From Dictyostelium discoideum (taxonomy: Eukaryota): a stretch of 64,000 nt of DNA. The position numbers were made by a program, and so were the translations under genes. Of this stretch, positions 25,901 to 39,886 are shown piece by piece (positions within the stretch are counted from its first letter, which is position 1; every line of letters begins with the position of its first letter). Below the pieces are notes generated by a model. It saw nothing but the letters and a program-made list of their open reading frames with translations, was not told where the DNA came from and ran no database searches. The stretch lies in NCBI GenBank assembly GCA_000004695.1, contig CM000150.2, positions 4,736,001-4,800,000 of the forward strand. Reading direction: 5' to 3'.

Positions 25901-27425
25901 TTTGGATCAGCCAATAGGGTTGGTAATTGAGAGATAACCAAATCAACAGCCAAATCCCAAGCCTGCCACATTGCATGCTGATAGGTTGGTGGTAATCTTG
26001 GACAAGAGATGGGAGTGCAATTTGCCGATCTCATAATTCTCTCTGCCAAAAGATAGTTTCTGAACAATGATGCCACCAATAGATCTTGACGGAATAACTT
26101 TTGAAACAAATGTCTTGGTAATACATTCCATGCAATAGTATCGGTTACAGCAGTGAAAATCCAATTCAATTCACCCAATGGGGTTCTTCTACTACTTAAA
26201 TTACCTGGTATCTTATCGAGCATATCAGCAGTGATACCAGTCAATATTGAATGACTACAAAACCATCTCAAAGCGATTCGAATTGGTGTTGTTAAACATG
26301 CTGTAAACATATCCGCTGGGAAATCTGGATTCATTGGTAAAATTTCATTTGCACTACATGCCGCCAATAAAATACAATCACGTTGATGTGATGATGATGA
26401 ACTACTACCACTTTGATTATTATTTACACTATTACTACTACCCATATTTGGACTATTAGTATTACTATTATTACTTGAATTATTATTTGAATTATTATTA
26501 TTTTGTTGATTATTTCCATTTGTATTTCCATTTGTTGAGTTTGTAGTATTATTTTGATTATTTTGATTACTATTTTGATTATTATTTTGATTATTATTTT
26601 GATTATTACCACTAAATCTTTCTAATTCTTTATCACGTTGTTCAGCAAATTGATTAAACCAATTAATGATTAAACCTGCAGCAGAACAATCGAAAACATA
26701 AATTGATGGTGTACCCATCCAAGTTTGTAATTCATAAATTGATAGGGGAATATATTGAGTGAAATTTCTATTGAATACCCAAATCTCACCATTGGTAGTT
26801 GGTTTAGGAACACCATGACCATTGTAATGAAATAATACACGTTCATCCTTTGCATTTCTACGTAATGATAAACAAAGTTTTTTAACTTCTTCAACTGTTG
26901 GATCCAAACTTTGCTTATATCTTGCTTTCGATTGCCATTTCTCATATTGTGCCTGTAATGTCTTTCCAATCAAATCTAATGCTTTCTGTGGTGGTTGTGT
27001 AGATGGATCAAACCAACATTCCATTCTTGCACAAGGAAATGTTTTAATTACATCTGGTGGATCAACCCCAATATTTAAACATAATACTAAAGCAACACTA
27101 ACAGTTTTCATCTTTTTTTTAAAAAAAAAAAAAGTGTAAGTAATTTAAAAAAAAAAAAAGAAAAGAAAAAAAAAAAAAAAAAAAGAAAAAAAAAATTTTA
27201 AAAAACTAACCTACTCTTTCTCTCATTCTCCATTTTGCAATCTTTGTTTTTTGAACATCAGGTGTTGCATTATCTTTATGTCTTTCTTCACCAAAAAATG
27301 GTTTGTTTTTATTATTGTTGTTATTATATTTCTCTTTTTTCTTTGCTTGTTGGTGAGTATTGCTAATGTTACTAACATTGTTGTGGTTATTAACATTCTC
27401 GTTATTATTATTATTGTTATTATTA

Positions 27426-27463
<38 letters not shown>

Positions 27464-27555
27464 ATTATTTACTCCATTCACATTATTACTATTAATGCTA
27501 TTATGAAGTCCACTTGAATTTGCTAAATTCGAACTACTGAAATTATATGATTTAT

Positions 27556-27559
<4 letters not shown>
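22927..27559 (-). CDS. raptor: Raptor (regulatory-associated protein of TOR; TORC1 subunit). Exons complement(27215..27559) and complement(22927..27111); about 1509 aa.
   Basis: MKTVSVALVLCLNIGVDPPDVIKTFPCARMECWFDPSTQPPQKALDLIGKTLQAQYEKWQ..RYKQSLDPTVEEVKKLCLSLRRNAKDERVLFHYNGHGVPKPT.NGEIWVFN.N.TQYIPLSIYELQTWMG.PSIYVFDCS is nearly identical to the human Raptor N-terminal conserved (RNC) domain. HEAT/ARM and C-terminal WD40 repeats follow. The upstream exon ends ..KWRMRER (human has ..SWRMKDR) at a GTAGGT donor. The acceptor AAAAAAAAG lies directly before ATG AAA ACT. Confidence 0.85.
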
Positions 27560-27608
<49 letters not shown>

Positions 27609-28028
27609 ATTATCTTTCGGTTATCGTATGTATTATTACTAAAAATTTATTCTATAAAATTGAATCTTTAATTGTTTTTTTACTTTTTTTTTTTTTTTTA
27701 TTTTATTATTTTTTTTTTTTTTTTTAAATAACTATAGTTTTATTTTTATTTATTTGTTTATTTTTTTCACTTATTATTTTTTAAATTTAATTATTTATTT
27801 AACCACACCACACAATATGTGTGTTTTGTTTAATTTAAAATATAAATATTACACATAAATTTTAAGTTATATAAAACAAAATAAATAAAAAGAATTGGTT
27901 TTATTTTTAATTTTTATTTTTTTTACTATTTTTTGAGGGTTAAAACTATCTATAAAATTACAAAGGTATCAAAAAAAAAATAAAAAAATAAAAATCAAAA
28001 AAAAATTTTGAAAAAAAAAAAAAAAAAA

Positions 28029-28068
<40 letters not shown>

Positions 28069-28420
28069 ATTTTTTCGAATTTAATTTCATTGGAAGCATT
28101 GCTTCAAAAAAAAAAAAAAAAAAAAAAATACCAAAATAATACTAACTTCAAAATAATTTATTACTGGATCGAATATTTTCAAAAATAACATCTATTCATT
28201 ATTTTGGGGAATATTATTATTATTATTATTATTTTTATTATTTCAATTACTATCATTTTTTTAATTTCCATATTTAACACAATATTGGGAATCCCGCGCA
28301 AAAAAAAAAAAAAAAATATTAATTTTTAATTTTTTTTTTTTTATTCACCCGTTTTATTATTTTTAATTTTTTTTTTTTTAGAAGGAAAGAAGAGATTCAA
28401 ACTAATAACTTATCACAAAC

Positions 28421-29812
28421 ATGGCGGGTGAAAATTATTGCTCAGTTTGTGAAGGTATTATTAGCACAGAGAATGATTTGGCGGTTTGTTATAAATGTAA
28501 AGAAGAGATTTTCCATAAAGCGTGTGGAAAAAAAGTATTTGACTCCCTTAGATGTCTTAATTGTGGACCAATTGAAAAGGTAATTTTTTCATTCACAATA
28601 ATAAATAAATAAATAAATAAATATAAATATATATAATGTTTTTTTTTACTAATAAATAAATATAAATATATATAATGTTTTTTTTTTTTTTTTTCTTTTT
28701 TTTTTTTAAAATTAAAAATTATGTTTTTATATAAATGATAAGAGTAGAGATCATTAAGTCATCAAATAGGAGAGATATCAAAAGGTAAAGCTAAATTAGA
28801 AACAAGAACTAGTAGGTTCACAGGTATAAATGTAACTAAAGAATTTATTGAAAGTGGTGAATATGGAATAAGTAAAGGTGATGATGATGATGATGGTGAT
28901 TATGTTGGTGGTGATGATTCATCAAGCGATGATGAATACTTTGGTAATCCAACAGTCCTAAACAATTATCCAACTACTATGAATGTAATATATAAAATTA
29001 TTTCCAATATTTTTTTTTTTTTTTTTCCTGAACCCCTAAAAAAATACTTATACTAACCTTTTTTTTTTTTTTTTTTTTTTTTTGTATGTAAAAAAGAATG
29101 TTGATTTAAATTTTCCTACATTTTTTTTATTAAATGAAGATATGAAAAAACGAAAACAAAAAATAAAAGAAGATGGAAATAATGAAGAGATTAAAAAAAT
29201 TGAACAAGAAGAAAAAATGATTATTCAAGAGTATCAAAATGAAGAGATTTTAAAATTTTTTGGAGATAGGAGTTGTTTTAAACAAACTCAACTTGCATAT
29301 GAAGCAATGGTTCAATGTTTAAAAGATTTGAAAGAGTCAATTGAACGAATGTTTAAAGTTGTTAGCGTCAAAACTTTAGGTGATATTAGTAGTTTCATAT
29401 CAATGTCGTATCCTAAAAAGAGTTTATTGGATATTAGAGATATAGCATTAGAATTGATTGGTCAATCCATTGATGACAGTATCCATCATATACCAACATC
29501 AATACTTTATACAAGTTCATCATCACCAGAGGTTGCACAATTATTTCAATCGGTTCCATCCAATGTAATGATGAGAATTAAATCACATCAACCATTCAGT
29601 AGTGATATTAGTTCACATTTATGTGAACCACCAACCATAACATTAAATCCTGATTGTTGTAATACATTTAAATCAACCGTTTCAACCATTTGTCATTCAT
29701 TAACCAAAGATTATGATGTCACTAAATTCCCATCACCACATTTTGAAGATTTATCACGTTGGTATTCAAATTATTTCTCAATACCATTAATTCAAGAAGT
29801 TATTGAATTATT

Positions 29813-29903
<91 letters not shown>

Positions 29904-31412
29904 AAAGATAAATTAGAAGAAATAATGTTAGTTAGAACACCAGTTATATTGGTTATTGAAGATTTTGAAACATGGAATTCAGAGGTATTATCAGATCTTA
30001 TTCATTTACTTTCAGCATATCGTCATAGGATACCATTTGTATTATCATTTTCAATTTCAACAAGTGCTGATGCAATTCATAAAGTTTTACCCTATCAAGT
30101 GGTGTCACTATTAAATTTAAAATCACTTCATCTTCGTTCTCAAAATGAAATGTTTGAACAATTAGTAAAACATTTATTTTTAAAAAGTCAACCATATATC
30201 ATTAGTAAAAAAGCTTATTTATATTTATATTATAATTTTAAAAATTCTTATATGTCACTTTCAACAACAATATCAGTATTAAGAGTATGTATATATGCAA
30301 ATATATTACTTATTAATAAATTAAATATACTAATTTATTATTATTATTATTATTTATTATCTATTCTTATTTATATAGCATTTTATTATTGATCATTTTT
30401 TAGAGAATGGATTATCATATTTGACTTTAGATCTTTCAAATTTTCAAATTGATTTAAAAGATGATGATGATGATATGGATGGTTGTTCAACAATAAAGCT
30501 TGAACCTGAAAATGATTCAACTGATTCAACTGTTAACGATGAAGTAGGAACAGGTGATAATATTGATAATGATAATGTATCAACACATGGTGAAGAAGAT
30601 ACACCCGATAGTCTTGTCAAAAGTGATATTGAATGTCAAACATTATCATACTCAAGTGATGATGAAAGAAATGATTATGATACTTCAACAGATTCTGATA
30701 ATTGTTCTAATTTTCATAAAAAAAAACCTAATAGTAATAATAGAATTAAAAGTGATTTAGAGTGTAATGATAATGATAAGGATAATGATGATAATGATAA
30801 TGATATTAATGAAAATAATAATAATATTAATAATAATAATAATAATAATAGTAATAATGATGATAATGATAAGGATTCATTTGGACCAAAAAGAATACCA
30901 AATCAAAGATTTGTAACCTTAATTCAAAAATTACCATCTTTAAATACAGATGAAATTGAAAATTCAAAGATTTCAACAAATAGAAAACTAAATAAATTAC
31001 AAAGTAATTTAATAATATTTAAAGAGAGTAGACCAATAATGTTGGAATTATATTATACGATTCTATCGAAATTCCAAAAATCAAAAACATTGAAATATTC
31101 AGAACTACTCAAGAAAATATCATTAAATGATAGAAAATCATATGAAACATTAAGAAAGACAATTTTAACAAATCCAGAATCCAAACAATCAATTGAAACA
31201 TTATTAGATTTGTTGAAAACCTCAAGACATCACTTCGAAAGAATTATCAAAGCCACCAATAGTTTAAAATTATTCCAAACACCAAAGAGCAAAAAGTATC
31301 AGGATTTAGTGAAAATTGAAAATCTAATTTTAAAATGTAGAACTTTGTCAAATAATTTTAAAAATCTATTATTACCTCCAGATGAACAATCAAAATCTAT
31401 TAAAAATGAAAT

Positions 31413-31482
<70 letters not shown>

Positions 31483-31668
31483 AAAATTGAAAATGAACAA
31501 AAAAATTGGAGCATTAAAAAGAAAAGAGAACATCAACTTCGAAATATTCAAAAACCAACAGATTCTTATTTTAAAATTTATTCAAGAGAATTTTTAGATG
31601 ATATAGTTTCTGTTATTATAGAGTAAAATTTTTTATTTTTATTTTTTTTAATTTATTTATTATTTTTA

Positions 31669-31703
<35 letters not shown>

Positions 31704-32286
31704 TTCAATTTTAGGGATTATTTATATCCTCCATTAGTTTCAGTGCCCTTATCAGAAATATTTGATTTTACCCAAACAGTATTCATTACCCAAAGTAGAT
31801 TCAATTTCCATACAGCAGAAGGAATTAACGATAATTTAATACATTCAGTAAGAAAATTAAAATGTGAATGCTGTATTGATTCTCTTTGTGGTACTATGGA
31901 TGATTTTTCAATTTCGTTTGTACCATTTTATTTTATTTTATTTTTATTTTATTTTTTTATACAAATTTGTATTTAATACTAATAATAATATTTTTAAAAA
32001 ATAGTTTTATTTTATTATTAAGAAGTGGTAGATATATTAATTATTTTGATTGGTTAACTTCATTTTGTTCAATTATAAATGGAGATAATAATCCAACTCC
32101 TAATCTAAAGTAAGTATTTTTTATTTTTTTTTTTATTTTAATTTTTTTTTATATATATATATTTTTTTTTTCTTTAACTCACCATTTTTTTATTTTTTTA
32201 TTAGGGCAAGATTTATAAAATCAGTCGATACATTTGTAAGTTTGGAATTAATTAAAAAAACTAGGAAAAGAAAAGATCATTTTGAA
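28421..32286 (+). CDS. orcC: Origin recognition complex subunit 3 (ORC3), 7-exon model. Two 5' exons are tentatively included: 28421..28579 (PHD-type C4HC3 zinc finger) and 28748..28984 (acidic linker). Core exons 29097..30284, 30379..31622, 31715..31915, 32005..32109 and 32205..32286.
   Basis: Core: ..PVILVIEDFETWNSEVLSDLIHLLSAYRHRIPFVLSFSISTSADAIHKVLPYQVVSLLNL matches the human ORC3 segment PVVLILKDMESF..VLQDFIII.S.HLHEFPLILIFGIATSP.IIHRLLPHAVSSLL. The C-terminal exons give ..RSGRYINYFDWLTSFCSIINGDNNPTPNLK|ARFIKSVDTFVSLELIKKTRKRKDHF*, which matches the human ORC3 tail CGRLINLVDWSEAFATVV...[29 protein letters not shown]. Donors are GTATGT (30285), GA|GTAAAA (31623), TC|GTTTGT (31916) and AA|GGTAAGT (32110). 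The exon at 29097 has an acceptor AAAAAG in phase 0. The two 5' exons (donors AAG|GTAATT at 28580 and AAT|GTAATA at 28985, all phase 0) are joined only on phase and donor/acceptor consistency. Confidence 0.65.
29815..29893 (+). repeat. (CAA)n tract of about 26 units, encoding polyQ inside ORC3 exon 3.
   Basis: Uninterrupted CAACAACAA run, translated as Q32 in ORF 29082..30392. Confidence 0.9.
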
Positions 32287-32680
32287 AAAATTGCTTTCTT
32301 AACTACATCATAAAAATAATTATAAATAAAAATAAAACATTTATTTATTAAATATTTTTAAATAAATATAAAAATCAATTTTGGTTTAAATTGGAAATGA
32401 GTGTCATTTTATTTTTTTGATCAACCCCCACACCCATTGCGGACAATATTCCTATTTTTTTTGTTTTTTATTTTTTTATTTATTTTTTTTTTTTATTTTT
32501 TTTTTTTATTTTTGTATTTTATTTTTTAATTTTTTTTTTTTTTAATTTTTTTTTTAATTTTCAAATTTTATGTTCAAAAAACAAATTTTTCCATTTATTA
32601 TTTTATTGTTTTCTTTTTTTATTTACTATTATAACAATAAAAATAATAATAATTTAACAAAAGAAGAAGGTTTATTTAAA

Positions 32681-32900
32681 ATGGATCCATCATCATTATC
32701 AAATCCACAAGAATGCAAAGTTACTTCATTAAATTTAGTATTATCAGTAAACTTTGAAAAATCACAATTACAAGGTTATGTTGAAGTTGCCTCACAAATT
32801 GTTAAAGAAGGTACTGAAAGTTTAATTTTAGATACTAATCAATTAGAAATCTCTCATTGTAATGATGTTACTTCAAATCCAATTAATGTAAGTTTATATA

Positions 32901-32941
<41 letters not shown>

Positions 32942-34017
32942 ATTATTATTATATGTATGTGTGTTAATTACTTACTCTTTTTTACTTTTTACTTTTTTTT
33001 TTTTTTTATTTTTTGTTTTTTTCTTGTTTTATTTTTAGTTCAAACTTTCAGAAGAACATAAAGTTTTTGGTAAAGCATTAATCATTTCAATTCCAGAAGG
33101 TTTAAGATCAGTTGGTAAAGAATTCATTGTTAGAGTTTATTATAATACCACTGTTGATTCAAATGCATTACAATGGTTAACTAAGGATCAAACTGCTGGT
33201 AAATTACACCCATACCTTTTCTCACAATGTCAAGCGTAAGTGTTTTTTTTTTTTTTTTTAAAAAAAATGGATTGGATTGGAAGTGGGGAAAATTGAAGGA
33301 AAAAAAAAAAAAAAAAAGGAATAGTAAACTAATTCATAATATTTTTTTATAGTATTCATGCAAGATCATTAGTCCCATGTCAAGATAGCCCAAGTAATAA
33401 AGTTAAATATCAAGCTGAAATCACAGTTCCAAAACCATTAACTGCTTTAATGAGTGCTTTATCAACTGGTAAAACTGAATCAACTGATTCAAGTGTTTTC
33501 ACTTTTACTCAAGAAATTCCAATCCCAGTAAGTTTTTTTTTTTTTCAAAAAAAATACCAAATTAATTACTAATTATTAATTTTTAATTTTTAATTATTTT
33601 TTTAGACTTATTTAATTGCAATTGTTGTTGGTGATTTAGAATCAAGAGTAATTGGACCAAGATCAAAAGTATGGTCAGAACCATCAATGGTCGCAGCAGC
33701 TGAATATGAATTCGCAAACACAGAGAAGTTCATTGCTGTTGGTGAAGATTTATTAACTCCATACGTTTGGGGTAGATATGATATTCTTTTACTTCCACCA
33801 TCATTCCCATATGGCGGTATGGAGTAAGTTTTTTTTTTTTTTCATTTTTTTTTTTTTACCAAACCAAATTTTAATACTGACATTTTTTTTTTTTCTTTTT
33901 TAATATTTAAAATATAGAAATCCACTTTTAACTTTTGTTACTCCAACTTTATTAGCTGGTGATCGTTCATTAGAAGGTGTTGTTGCTCATGAAATTGCGT
34001 TTGTATTAATATTAATT

Positions 34018-34057
<40 letters not shown>

Positions 34058-35055
34058 AAAGAAAAAGGTGTTTTTACTAACTTTTTTTTTTATTATAATA
34101 AATTTATTTTAGTCATAGTTGGTGTGGTAATTTAGTAACAAATAAATATTGGTCAGAATTCTTTTTAAATGAAGGTTTTACAGTATTTGTTGAAAGAAAG
34201 ATTCTTGGTCGTCTTTATGGTGAAGAAATGTTTGATTTTGAAGCAATGAATGGTTTGAAACATCTTCATGATGATGTTGATTTATTCACACATAAACATC
34301 AAGAAGAATTGACAGCATTAATTCCAAATCTTAATGGTATTGACCCAGATGATGCATTCTCATCTGTACCATATGAAAAAGGTTTCAATCTCTTATGTTA
34401 TCTTCAATCATTGGTTGGTGTTGCCGATTTTGAAGCTTGGTTAAAATCATACATTTCCAAATTCTCTTATCAAAGTATTGTCGCCACCCAAATGAAAGAT
34501 TATTTCATTGAATATTTCACAGAGAAGGGTAAATCCGAGCAAATCAGTGTTGTAAATTGGAATGATTGGTTCAATAAACCAGGTATGCCAATTGAACAAG
34601 TTGTCTTTGTTTCCCCAGCTGCTAAAGTTGCCAAGGATTTAGCTGAAATCACTTGGATCAAAGATCAAGGTGTCAATGCAACCAAAGATGATATTAAATC
34701 ATTCAAAACTCAACAAATCATTCTCTTTTTGGATACTCTCATTCATTCAACCTCTGAAAAACCATTATCAGTCGATGTTTTAGAGAAAATGGATTCTCTC
34801 TATGGTTTCACCGATGTCGTTAATAGTGAATACAAATTCAGATGGCAAACATTATGTCTTCACTCTGGTTTAAAGAGAATTGAACCAAAAGTTGTTGAAT
34901 TTTTAATCTCTCAAGGTCGTATGAAATTCGTTAGACCACTCTATCGTGAATTAAATAAGGTTAACCCTGAATTGGCTAAATCCACTTTTAATAAATACAA
35001 ATCTCAATATCATATTATCGCTTCAAAGATGGTTGCAAAAGATTTAGGTTTATAA
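32681..35055 (+). CDS. lkhA: Leukotriene A4 hydrolase / aminopeptidase (M1 family, HEXXH...E zinc peptidase). Six exons: 32681..32887, 33039..33235, 33353..33527, 33606..33823, 33918..33998, 34113..35055; about 606 aa. An in-frame alternative start at 32570 would add a hydrophobic N-terminus.
   Basis: Collinear with human LTA4H (611 aa): [110 protein letters not shown], and GRMKF.RPLYREL. Donors GTAAGT (32888, 33236, 33528, 33824) and GTTTGT (33999); acceptors TTTTTAG/TATAG. Each junction restores the conserved residue. An intron interrupts the HEIAH zinc-binding motif. Confidence 0.85.
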
Positions 35056-35139
35056 ATGTAAATTAATAAACTCTTTTTTTTAAAAAAAAAAAAAATAGTA
35101 AATATTTCAATAAATACTTAAGTTTATAATAAAGCTTAG

Positions 35140-35174
<35 letters not shown>

Positions 35175-35262
35175 TTTTCCAAAAATTTTTTTTAATCAGT
35201 TTTTAAAAACTTTGCTACTATATTTGTATTTTTATTTTTTTAATTTTTTATTATTAGTACAC

Positions 35263-35496
35263 CTATTGACATAATAGTGTTTCAAGTTCTTTTTGGTGAT
35301 CAGGTCTTAATTCAGTTTTTATTTGTTTCAACTCTTGGGATAGTGATTCATCCTTTGGTGAAAATAAAAGTAAACCAGTTACTCTTATAACTTCACTTAT
35401 TGAAAATTTATATTCTTCATCATTTTCTGATTTTGAAATTTCTTGAAATTTATTTAATATTTTTGATAAATTATTTGAACCTGATGAATAATTCAT
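35263..35496 (-). CDS. Hypothetical small protein, 77 aa, acidic/coiled-coil-like.
   Basis: Complete ATG..TAG ORF with non-repetitive composition (MNYSSGSNNLSKILNKFQEISKSENDEEYKFSISEVIRVTGLLLFSPKDESLSQELKQIKTELRPDHQKELETLLCQ). It is convergent with lkhA, and about 500 bp of A/T-rich sequence lies upstream. No homology recognised. Confidence 0.3.
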   Translation of the reverse strand: MNYSSGSNNLSKILNKFQEISKSENDEEYKFSISEVIRVTGLLLFSPKDESLSQELKQIKTELRPDHQKELETLLCQ

Positions 35497-36721
35497 TTTT
35501 ATTTTTTTTATTATAATATTTTTTTATTTTTATTTTTTTATTTTTATTTTTATTTTTTTTTCTAAAACAATTAATTATATATGTTAATACTAATGTAATA
35601 ATAATTAAAAAAAATAATAAAAGGGTAAAAAAAAAAAAATAATTTAAAAAAAGAAAAAAAAATAAACAAAAAAAAAAAAAAAATAAAAATAAAAAAAAAA
35701 AAAATAAAAAAAATTTAATTCTTTGATTAATAAATTTGTGAATATATTTATTTTTAATTTTTTTATATTTTTTTATAATTTTGAACCACATTACCTCATA
35801 TGTAAATTTTACCCCTAAATCAAATGTGTTAATAAAAAAAAAAAAAAAAACATTGAATATCAAAAAATTTAAAAATAAAAAAAAGTTAATATATTTTAGA
35901 ATTTTTTATTTTTATTTTTTTATTTTTTATTTATTGATTAAGAATAATAGTTTGAGAACAATAAACAATATGAAATACAAAATGATATAAGTAATTGAAA
36001 AAATTGATTCTTCCAAAATAAAAAAATAAATAAAAAAACTTATAAATATTTGGATTCTTTCAATTGTTTTTTTAAATTATATCCATATTACTATTATATT
36101 TATTTGAAAACTATAAAGGAGATGTACTTTCTATGATTATGAACTGCAATTAAATATAAAACAAAATGAATTAAAAAATGTTAATTTACCCAATTTTTTA
36201 AAAATAATATACAAAAGCTGCGCATCTCTTATTAATTTCAAAATAATATTAAATAATTTAATACCCAATTTTATATTTTTTATAATATTAAATTTATTTA
36301 ATAATAAATAAATTAATTATTTTTTTTTTTTTAGTTAATTGAAATTTTTTATTTATTTTTTATTTCATAGCAAATAAATATTGTAATAGAGTAATAGAGT
36401 TTTAAATACCCTTTATTTACCTTTTTTCTTAATTTTAAATAATATTAAATTTTAAAAAAAAAAATAAAATAATAAAAAAAAAAACAAAACTTTATAAAGT
36501 GAATGAATATCATTATCATCTAACGCAATTAAATCATTAAATGGATATAAATGTTTAAACTCTTCACCAGAATCACCAATCTAAATTGACTTGTCCAAAA
36601 ATTATACCAAAATCACCTCAAATTCAAACGAATAACAATAACAACAACAACAATAATAATAATTTAAGAAATAATAAATCAAAATTATTAAGATCAACAA
36701 TTTCAAAACTACCAACCTCAC

Positions 36722-36746
36722 CTCAAACAACATCATCATCATAACC

Positions 36747-36799
<53 letters not shown>

Positions 36800-36802
36800 G
36801 AA
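36722..36802. repeat. (CAA)n tract of about 25 units outside any intact ORF.
   Basis: AACAACAACAAC... run embedded in a region with no clean reading frame. Confidence 0.85.
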
Positions 36803-37467
36803 CTTCTACTACAACATAAAGAACAACAATAAATTCAAAAATGAATTCATTTAATAATATTTATTAACAAAATAATCCAATTAATTCACCATTTATATTA
36901 AATGATGAAAAATTCAAATTTTAAATGATATTGAACCAATTTCAAGTGATCCATTATTATTATTACCCACTACTAATTCAGCAATTTCATCAAATAATTA
37001 TAATAATAATAATAATAATAATTTAACAAAGAAAAAGAAAAAGAAATCAATAATTTATATTAAATTATTAAATCCAATTAAAGTTATATTATCATTCTCA
37101 TTTTTTAGAGATGGATTTGTTGGTCATTCAAATTCAGATTTCGTTGGTATTTTATTAGAAGTTGTTGGTGTTTTGTTTTGGTGTTTTAGATAGAATACCA
37201 TTATGTTTAAATGCATTGATATTGGAGCATCCATTCTTATTGGAACTTTTGTTTGCAATTAGAATTAAATCACCACTTTTATTTGGTACTGATATTCTTT
37301 TGGTTGAATATAATTTCCACGAACAATCATAGGGTCACTACAATTTGGAAACAACTTTCAAGGGTAGATTCAAAAATTCAGATACCACCAAATAATTACG
37401 GTCACTTACTTTCTTTAAAAGTTCACGCATAACATCATTTGTTGATTCATTTTCCACCACCACCTCT

Positions 37468-39096
<1,629 letters not shown>

Positions 39097-39296
39097 TTTT
39101 TGAATGATATTTGTATGAAATAAAGGGCGGAAAAAAAAATTAAAAAATAAAAAAATAAAAATAAAAATAAAAATAAAAAAAATAAAAAAAAAATAAAAAT
39201 AAAAAACCAACCCATTTTTTCTAACCCATTTTCAAACCTAAATTTCAATTGGAACTTCAACAAATAATTTAATTTTTTAAGTTAATTAAATAAAAA

Positions 39297-39362
39297 ATTT
39301 TATTTTATTTTATTTTATTTTATTTTATTTTATTTTATTTTATTTTATTTTATTTTATTTTT
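39297..39362. repeat. (TTTTA)13 pentanucleotide microsatellite.
   Basis: ATTTTATTTTATTTTATTTT... sits between the upstream end of the 37468..39096 gene and the VPS13-like fragment. Confidence 0.9.
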
Positions 39363-39381
39363 TCCCATTTTTCTATTATAT

Positions 39382-39669
39382 GCTGCTGTTACTTTTGAAA
39401 GTGGTCTAACAACATTCAAAAATGTTGCAGGAACCCAATCTTCAATTGTTGGTTTTTTATCCCCTCTGGCTTATAGCATTCATTTCAATAATGGAGGTGT
39501 AAAGAATTATATCACTTTAATAACAAATCTTCGTATTCTCCTTGTTAAACGAATAAAGAATAGTTACTCATTCAGATGGTCTTCAACTTTTGAAAATATT
39601 AAATCTTGTGAAATCACTCCAGACGGTTTACTATTACACTTTGAACATCTTCAAAGATGTGGATTATAG
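39382..39669 (+). pseudogene. Orphan open frame (about 95 codons, no ATG, no flanking splice signals) resembling the C-terminal PH-like region of VPS13/ATG2-family lipid-transfer proteins. Likely a gene fragment.
   Basis: AAVTFESGLTTFKNVAGTQSSIVGFLSPLAYSIHFNNGGVKNYITLITNLRILLVKRIKNSYSFRWSSTFENIKSCEITPDGLLLHFEHLQRCGL* resembles the VPS13 C-terminal ..ASKTFEGIRN...Y.I.LTN.R.L.V......W.I.L..I... region. It is more GC-rich than its surroundings, sits immediately after a (TTTTA)13 repeat, and terminates prematurely. It is not in the ORF track because it lacks a start codon. Confidence 0.35.
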
Positions 39670-39886
39670 ATCTCAACATTGTATTCATATCACAAAACCT
39701 GATCAATTCTCTATCTCAACTTTATTTAATTATTAAAGAACAAATTTTAAAAATTAAAAACTAAATTTATTTACTACCATACTAAATTTTTTTTTTTTTT
39801 TATTTTTTGGAGAATTCAATAAAGAATATAATAATGGTGTTTTCAAATAAAATATTTGTCTTTTTTTTAAATAATAAATAAATAAA

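Noticed and set aside
28611-28690. About 35-bp tandem duplication (AAATAAATATAAATATATATAATGTTTTTTTT x2) in the first intron after the PHD exon.
   Set aside because: It is an intronic A/T slippage duplication with no evident function.
31917-31976. Read-through of ORC3 exon 5 (..ISFVPFYFILFLFYFFIQICI*) and of exon 4 (..VIIE*).
   Set aside because: Conserved ORC3 C-terminal residues (RFIKSV..LELIKKTRKRKDHF) are only reached by splicing at 31623 and 31916. The read-through tails are hydrophobic translations of A/T intron sequence.
32570-32680. Upstream in-frame ATG at 32570 for lkhA, which would add [37 protein letters not shown].
   Set aside because: LTA4H homologues are cytosolic and begin near MDPSS... 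(ATG 32681, good AAAATGG context). The upstream residues are translated poly-T/A. Kept as an alternative only.
36602-36799. ORF 36602..36799 (minus), poly-Leu.
   Set aside because: It is an antisense reading of the orphan (CAA)n tract.
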